A stretch of 64,000 nt of DNA from NCBI GenBank assembly GCA_964016885.1, contig OZ024761.1, positions 17,050,001 through 17,114,000 on the forward strand, given 5' to 3'. The position numbers and the translations under genes are program-made. A model generated the notes under the pieces. The model made no database searches and was not told where the DNA came from. It saw only the letters and a program-made list of their open reading frames with translations. This document shows positions 57,548 through 64,000 of the stretch, piece by piece. Each line of letters opens with the position of its first letter. Positions within the stretch are counted from its first letter, which is position 1. This DNA is from Eledone cirrhosa. Its lineage: Eukaryota.

Positions 57548-57697
57548 TCTAGTAAATAATATGGGCCTTCCAGTTTCATTTCACATTATATACATGTCTG
57601 TGTATATTTTAATTATTTAAAAATTATTTTTAAGTGAACATGATTTACAAAAAATGTTTTTAAGTAAACGTGACCCAATGGGTCATGGGTGGTCTAG
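57548..57697 (+). mobile_element. Possible short non-autonomous Helitron
   Basis: 3' hairpin CGTGACCC-aat-GGGTCATG, 6 nt, then CTAG|T (57669-57697); candidate A|TC 5' end at 57548. Confidence 0.4.
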
Positions 57698-57924
57698 TAG
57701 TATATTAAATATCAAATGATATATATATATATAGTTAGGCTGTGGTGATGGGGTTGTTGAGAGAGGTGTGGATGAGGATTGGAGAAAATGTAGGTGGTGT
57801 TGGGTGGTTCCAAAGAGGAAGGTGGAGGGGAGGGAGCAAAAAAAAAAAATAATATAAAAAACTGAAATCCCCCGAAATAAAGTCGAAATCCAAAGTGGGT
57901 CTCAAGCCCGGAGGCTTGTCAGGT

Positions 57925-58168
57925 CGGTGCTTATCCTGGTTTCATGGCATGAAGTGACTGAGAGTACAAGACTTCCCCCAGGACAGGACGCCAGTCCATC
58001 TCAGGATTAAACCCCCAGCTATTGCGGCTGGTCCTTATTTTCAGCTGAGGATACTGGAGCAACGTGAAATGAAGTGTTTTGCTCAAGAACACAAAACACA
58101 ACCCAGCCAAGGAATCGAACCCAGCCATTATGATCGTAAGTTCAACACCCTTACCACCAGGCCATTCA
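57925..58168 (-). mobile_element. tRNA-derived SINE of a second family (V-SINE-like central domain)
   Basis: Minus head TGGCCTGGTGGTAAGGG...GGGTTCGATTCC, shared ttgagcaaaacacttcatttcacgttgctccag core, then gatggactggcgtcctgtcctgggg. Confidence 0.85.
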
Positions 58169-58212
58169 CATCCCCTTTAAACCAAGGCAAAAACAAAAAG
58201 AAACCAACTTAC

Positions 58213-58368
58213 ATGGTAGTTCATAAATAAATAATATATAAAATACCCGGGTATGAGTATGACACAGGCTCCGGAAATGAGGTACCCTATCAGTCGAGCA
58301 GACACTGGGTACTCATAGCTACCCATTGTTATAGGGTTAAATTTAACAAACTTAAATACTATCAGCAT
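58213..58368 (-). CDS. SLC6 exon (end of TM11 to TM12)
   Basis: tttcag acceptor and gtaagt donor; 156 nt; MLIVFKFVKFNPITMGSYEYPVSARLIGYLISGACVILIPGYFIYYLFMNYH matches the SLC6 YxYP..IG..IP pattern. Confidence 0.92.
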
Positions 58369-58417
58369 CTGAAATAGAGAGAGAAAGAGGAATGTAGAAA
58401 CATGCTATATATATATA

Positions 58418-58459
<42 letters not shown>

Positions 58460-58524
58460 CGTGTGTGTGTGTGTATATATATATGTGTGTGTGTGTATAT
58501 ATATATATATGTGTGTGTGTGTGT

Positions 58525-58800
58525 TCTGGAAAGGAGATTGCGTTGGTATGACCATGTGATGTGTATGAAGGATGACAGTTGTGTAAAAATTGCAGAGCAA
58601 TGAAAATTGGTGGAAGCTACGGTGTGGGTAGACCAAGAAAAACCTGGGACGAGGTGATAAAAACTGACCTTGCTCACTTACAGCTCTCTAAGACAATGTC
58701 ACTAGATTGAGATCTTTGGTGCCATGCAATTGTACAGAAGACCCTTGCATACAAACCTATAGTTTGTAGGTACCTCTTAACCCAATATACACCCCCACCC
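58525..58800 (+). mobile_element. RTE LINE 3' fragment
   Basis: ERRLRWYDHVMCMKDDSCVK and agaccaagaaaaacctgggac..aagacaatgtcact are homologous to 53905-54180. Confidence 0.85.
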
Positions 58801-58802
58801 CA

Positions 58803-59340
58803 GTGGGTCAGTGTGTACGCATCATCGCTGTCAAATCTTTATGTTCGGTCTGTGATAGTTGGATCAATGGCAGCATGGCGATAGTCGTCTGCCTGCCTGT
58901 TGTCAGTCGGTCAGTGGATGGTGAACATGATATACACACAATAACAATCGTTCAATTGTCACTGTGTGTGTGTGTGTGTGTATTGTTGCTGTTCCATTTG
59001 TTTACACCAGCGATCTTGTCTCACTGCTCGCGGATCGATTATATATTTGTGATCCAAGGCGTTTGATCCAGAGTGCCTCCTTGATCCTTAAAGTGCCGAT
59101 GTTGTGTTCCGTCGCTAGACGCGTGTTCCCTCAGCAACTGTCCGATGCACTGTTGCTTACGCACATACGTCGTACACACAATCGAATGTGGCAAGTGTAA
59201 TGAATTTTACATCAGTAGCACCATCTGGTCATTACATGTCCAGATCAATGAACACATCAACACTAGGGCCTCATCTTTCCAGAAACACATAATCAAATGC
59301 GGAAACAAAGACAGAAGGCCCATTGTCACAGTGTTAGCAC
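58803..59340. mobile_element. Penelope-like element remnant (GIY-YIG endonuclease) split into inverted halves
   Basis: Plus strand 59160-59340 reads VVHTIECGKCNEFYISSTIWSLHVQINEH...IVTVLA (VYxIxCxxCxxxYIGxT..EH pattern). Minus strand ~59118-59010 reads LATEHNIGTLRIKEALWIKRL, the GIY-YIG C-terminal E-A-L helix. Confidence 0.75.
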
Positions 59341-59435
59341 ATATATATATGACACTGTTAATGACAACACTAACATCTATGTATCTTTACGATTGTTCTG
59401 TGGCATAGGAAATAGGAGGTTAATTATGTCTAAAC

Positions 59436-59495
59436 TTTGCTAGTACTCTGATGATTCCAAACGAAAGTTTGGAAGAAACGATTGTCAGCAATAAA
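59436..59495 (+). ncRNA. Hammerhead ribozyme motif (canonical core, Penelope pLTR type)
   Basis: CTGATGA (59448-54), perfect 8-bp stem II TTCCAAAC/GTTTGGAA with a GAAA tetraloop, GAAAC-gatt-GTC (cleavage triplet 59484-86), followed by AATAAA. Stem I is weak. Confidence 0.75.
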
Positions 59496-59819
59496 ATGTT
59501 TTGAACATAGTTTTAATTATTCTGTAATTTGTATTCCGGCTCTGTAAAACATCTGATGTATTTACATTGAGCTATTTTTCTTACTGGTAATAAGGTAGTA
59601 TTGAATTACTGACCTTTCCTGTTTATAATTATATATAGTGTATATATAAGTATAAATAATATTATTATTATTATTTATATATATATATATGTATAAACAA
59701 AGAGGGTGAGGTAAGATACCGGGTGGACCATAATGCACCAGAGTACTCAATACTTACGGTGTGGACTGGGTGCTTCTTGTGTCGTGTCTCCAACACAACC
59801 ACTTTACATTGGACGGAAA

Positions 59820-60070
59820 TGGGAGGATGGGGGAGGGTGTGTCGGGTGGGATGTATATTGGGTTAAGAGGTGCCTACTGACTGTAGGTTTCAGTTCGTAT
59901 GCAGGTAAGGCGAGTCTTTTGTACAACTACATGGTGTACAACTGCATGGTGCCAAAGATCTCGATCCAGTGACATTGTCTTAGAGAGGTGTAAGTGAGTA
60001 AGGTCAGTTTTTATCACCTCGTACCAGGTTTTTCTTGGTCTACCCACTCCCTAGCTTCCATCAATTTTGA
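59820..60070 (-). mobile_element. RTE LINE 3' fragment, inverted relative to 58525-58800
   Basis: gtgacattgtcttagagag..ccaggtttttcttggtctaccc is the reverse complement of the 58620-58720 segment. Confidence 0.85.
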
Positions 60071-60121
60071 TTGCTCTATACTTTTTATACTTTTATATAT
60101 ATAGAAGAAAGATATACTTAC

Positions 60122-60216
60122 AAAGAGTATGACTGGTGTGATAAACTTGCAACATAAATTGATGACAATGAATGATTTTGATTTCAACATCAGAGTAATA
60201 TCCTTGGAGACATTTC
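60122..60216 (-). CDS. SLC6 exon (IL5 to TM11)
   Basis: gtctag acceptor and gtaagt donor; 95 nt, phase-compatible with its neighbours; (G)NVSKDITLMLKSKSFIVINLCCKFITPVILF. Confidence 0.88.
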
Positions 60217-60237
60217 CTAGACAAAAAATAATACATT

Positions 60238-60547
60238 CATCATCATTTCATTTTATGTCCGCTTTTCCCTGCTTGCAAGGGTGGGATGGGAACTGATTCT
60301 GGCTTGATTTCTACAGCTGGATGCCCTTCCTAACACCAACCTCATTTACAGTGAGTGCTGGGTGTTTTTTTGCCGTGGCACCTCCACGACCACTTTGCAG
60401 TGGTCTCATTTCTACAGCTGAGTAAACTGGAGCAATGTGAAATAAAGTGTCTTGCTCAAGGAAACAACACATCACCCCGTCTGAGAATTGAACTCACAAC
60501 CTTTCAATTGCAAGCCTAATGTTCTAACCACTAAGCCATGTGCCTCC
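60238..60547 (-). mobile_element. tRNA-derived SINE (same family as 56393-56726)
   Basis: Reverse complement of the 56393 copy, lacking the internal gataggg..ccctatc segment. Confidence 0.92.
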
Positions 60548-61029
60548 ATCTCCATCATATATATATATATATACACACACACACATACATACTTCAAGGG
60601 GACACCAAACAGAGGTACAAAACCTCTTATTTGTTTGGAAAGCGGAAGGAAAGTTCGATGTGTCAGGCTTAAGCCCTCTTTCAGGAGTACAAATCTAAAC
60701 AGGATCACAATGGAGAAACAGAAAAAAGGCCCAGTAATGACAAAAAAAAAAAACGAAAATGAAGATGAAAAACAAGACAACCGTTAAGTAGTCTTGGAAA
60801 CAAATGCAATGTGTGTGTATTTGTGTCGTTATATGTGTGAGTGTAAGTTTAAATGTGTGTGATTTTTAAAGGTATATTGTGTAAAGTAACAAAGATACTG
60901 AGTGTATGTGTATTTCCATGTGTTAGTGGTGGTGGACGTGTATGTGTGAGTGAATGTAAGTTTGAATGTGTGTACTGTATATGTGTGTTGAAGTAATTTT
61001 GTGTGTGTGTGTGTAAAGTCGAACACAAG

Positions 61030-62640
61030 AGTTACACAGTAAAATTCAGGTGTTACACAGTAAAACACTGGTGTATCTTAGTAAAATATAGGGGTACCTA
61101 GGTAAAATATAGGTGTGTCTTGGTAAAATAGTGAAGGATGTTGGTAAAATATAGATGTCTTGGTAAAATATAGGTGTATCTTGTAAAATATATATGTCTT
61201 GGTAAAATATAAGGGTACCTTGGCAAAATATAGGTGTATCCTGGTAAAATATAGGGGAATCTTGGTAAAATATAGGTGTATCTTGGTAAAATATAGGTGT
61301 ATCTTGGTAAAATATAGGGGAATCTTGGTAAGATATAATAGGGGTATCTTGGTAAAATATAGGTGAATCTTGGTAAAATATAGAGGAATCTCGGTAAGAT
61401 ATAATAGGGGTATCTTGGTAAAATATAGGTGAATCTTGGTAAAATATAGGGGTATCTTGGTAAAATATAGAGGAATCTCGGTAAGATATAATAGGGGTAT
61501 CTTGGTAAGATATAATAGGGGTATCTTGGTAAAATATAGGGGTATCTTGGTAAAATATAGGAGAATCTTGGTAAAATATAGGGGAATCTTGGTAAAATAT
61601 AGGAGAATCTTGGTAAAATATAGGGGAATCTTGGTAAAATATAGGGGAATCTTGGTAAAATATAGATAGGTGTATCTTAGTAAAATATAGGAGTATCTTG
61701 GTAAAATATAGAGGAATCTTGGTAAAATATAGGTAGGTGTATCTTAGTAAAATATAGGAGAATCTTGGTAAAATATAGGAGAATCTTGGTAAAATATAGG
61801 AGAATCTTGGTAAAATATAGGTAGGTGTATCTTAGTAAAATATAGGAGTATCTTGGTAAAATATAGAGGAATCTTGGTAAAATATAGGTAGGTGTATCTT
61901 AGTAAAATATAGGAGAATCTTGGTAAAATATAGGGGAATCTTGGTAAAATATAGGGGAATCTTGGTAAAATATAGGTAGGTGTATCTTAGTAAAATATAG
62001 GAGAATCTTGGTAAAATATAGAGGAATCTTGGTAAAATATAGGTAGGTGTATCTTAGTAAAATATAGGAGAATCTTGGTAAAATATAGGAGAATCTTGGT
62101 AAAATATAGGGGAATCTTGGTAAAATATAGGTAGGTGTATCTTAGTAAAATATAGGAGGATCTTGGTAAAATATAGGAGAATCTTGGTAAAATATAGGGG
62201 AATCTTGGTAAAATATAGAGGAATCTTGGTAAAATATAGGTGTATCTTGGTAAAATATAGGGGAATCTTGGTAAAATATAGGGGAATCTTGGTAAAATAT
62301 AGGGGAATCTTGGTAAAATATAGGGGAATCTTGGTAAAATATAGAGGAATCTTGGTAAAATATAGGGGAATCTTGGTAAAATATAGGGGAATCTTGGTAA
62401 AATATAGGAGTATCTTGGTAAAATATAGGGGAATCTTGGTAAAATATAGGGGAATCTTGGTAAAATATAGGAGTATCTTGGTAAAATATAGGGGAATCTT
62501 GGTAAAATATAGAGGAATCTTGGTAAAATATAGAGGAATCTTGGTAAAATATAGGGGAATCTTGGTAAAATATAGAGGAATCTTGGTAAAATATAGGGGA
62601 ATCTTGGTAAAATATAGGGGAATCTTGGTAAAATATAGGT
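61030..62640. repeat. 21-bp minisatellite (consensus atcttggtaaaatatagggga), ~75 units, intronic
   Basis: Direct reading; interspersed 24-25-bp variants and degenerate units at the left end. Confidence 0.97.
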
Positions 62641-62649
62641 GTTACATAC

Positions 62650-62749
62650 CATAAAACCACTGGAATGAAATTATCTCGAAGAACCCAATAATGATCAGAG
62701 GAAGGCCAACCACGGAATTGTCAATCAGGTTTAACCAGTACAGGCCAGA
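62650..62749 (-). CDS. SLC6 exon (TM10)
   Basis: ctccag acceptor and gtatgt donor; 100 nt; SGLYWLNLIDNSVVGLPLIIIGFFEIISFQWFYG matches the SLC6 GxY...D...E.I...W.YG pattern. Confidence 0.93.
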
Positions 62750-62879
62750 CTGGAGCAGATACAGAAAATAAGACAGAGATAGATAGATAGATTGGGAGAG
62801 AGTGGGTGAGAGGAGAGAGAGAGGGGGAAATGTAGATTTATAGCTACATACATTTTCAATGGGACTACTACTACTACTA

Positions 62880-63092
62880 AGGTGATAATGATGATGATGA
62901 TAATGATGATTATGATGTTGATGATAGTAATGATGGTGTTGATGGTAATGGTGATGATGGTGATTATGATGGTAATGATGATGACGATGGTGGTAATGAT
63001 GACGATGGTGATGATGGTGATGGTGGTGATGGTGATGAAAATGATAGTGATGATGATGGTGATGGCAATACTGGTAATGATGGTGGTGGTGG

Positions 63093-63142
<50 letters not shown>

Positions 63143-63192
63143 GTAGTGGATGATGATGGTAATGATATTGATGATGATAGTGATAGTGACAA
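62880..63192. repeat. (GAT/GGT)n trinucleotide repeat, intronic
   Basis: Direct reading. Confidence 0.95.
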
Positions 63193-63216
63193 TGGAGGTA
63201 TCAATGGTTATCTCAC

Positions 63217-63354
63217 CCTGGTCACCATAATCAAACCACATGCGTAAGAAAGAAGGATGACACAACTTCGTAATATCATGGAGTTCCTGAACTTGAGTAA
63301 AGTCTCAGAATATTCATCAGTGATTCCAGTGAAGATATTTTCACAGAGGGAGAA
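63217..63354 (-). CDS. SLC6 exon (end of TM8 to TM9); upstream exons lie beyond the window
   Basis: ttttcag acceptor and gtgag donor; 138 nt; FSLCENIFTGITDEYSETLLKFRNSMILRSCVILLSYACGLIMVTR matches the F..E...T.I.D...GL.M.T pattern. Confidence 0.92.
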
Positions 63355-63379
63355 CTGAAAAGAGAAGATAGATGGCGGG

Positions 63380-63424
<45 letters not shown>

Positions 63425-63509
63425 AAAGTTTTATTTAAGATTGTTGGGTTACAACGAGTAAATATTTTATAACTGATATAAAAGCACTCAACAGTTTCTG
63501 GAGTAGGTT

Positions 63510-63731
63510 TACGATATTAAACAAATGGAAACTATATTTATAAAACCATATTTATGTCAATAATTGTCAATAATTATTTATGTCAATAATTGTCAATAAT
63601 TATTTATAAAACAGCTTATGTATTGTATTTTGTCTGAGGAAGGCATACCATAGTTTTAATATGATATCCCAGAAATATATATAACAAAATAAATATGGTT
63701 TTATAAATATAGTTTCCATTTGTTTAATATC

Positions 63732-63734
<3 letters not shown>
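63510..63734. repeat. Inverted repeat with ~45-bp arms and a ~135-bp spacer containing tgtcaataat tandem copies
   Basis: tacgatattaaacaaatggaaactatatttataaaaccatattta pairs with taaatatggttttataaatatagtttccatttgtttaatatcgta. Confidence 0.9.
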
Positions 63735-63761
<27 letters not shown>

Positions 63762-63766
<5 letters not shown>

Positions 63767-64000
63767 CTTGATCACCTTGACCGACCAGTCTGTCGGGCGT
63801 CCATTCGGCGCCGCTGGTCACAGCTCGTCGTGTTGTTTTAGCCATAAGATAACGCCATCCCACCGGCTGGGCGGGCAGGCCCCGGTACTCATTTCTACAG
63901 CTGATACTGAACTTTACAGTGGAATGATAGGGACCCCAGTACCTATCATCTCATTTCTACAGCTGAGTAAACTGGAGCAATGTGAAATAAAGTGTCTTGC
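63762..64000 (-). mobile_element. SINE fragments (a different 3' tail ending in caaggtgat repeats, plus a partial copy of the 56393 family)
   Basis: ctcatttctacagctg occurs twice; 63915-64000 matches 55000-55085. Confidence 0.75.

Noticed and set aside
61436-62660. Repetitive ORFs (VKYRGIL / YILPRFP / IFYQDSP) and a CRISPR-like look
   Set aside because: Products of a 21-bp intronic minisatellite with no unique spacers and no cas genes; eukaryotic context.
62731-63265. His-rich, Ile-rich and Met-rich ORFs
   Set aside because: (GAT)n repeat in an intron; only 62650-62749 and 63217-63354 are real exons.

Overview
AT-rich, microsatellite-laden eukaryotic DNA; the SINE and RTE families resemble those of octopod cephalopods, which is an inference. 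Positions 1 to ~47,998 are a head-to-tail tandem array of ~7.7 copies of a ~6.24-6.31 kb unit, open at the left edge. The unit has no credible protein gene. It carries a ~380-bp hairpin nested in TA/CA microsatellites and Tigger-like ends inside a diverged TIR pair, several tRNA-like relics, a YVDD reverse-transcriptase relic and an old internal duplication. The array ends at an unrelated 250-bp palindrome and a 1.4-kb TA tract. The rest holds a decayed RTE LINE with a nested, 5'-inverted second LINE, tRNA-derived SINEs, Penelope-like remnants with hammerhead-ribozyme motifs, more fold-back palindromes and a 21-bp minisatellite. It also holds the last five coding exons (minus strand, 63354 to 56158) of an SLC6 sodium:solute symporter. 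The most notable signals are arm-to-arm co-variation in the arrayed hairpin, the many unrelated TA-anchored palindromes linked to Penelope-type hammerheads, and a sense-strand intronic hammerhead (U3-A8 variant) in the SLC6 gene.
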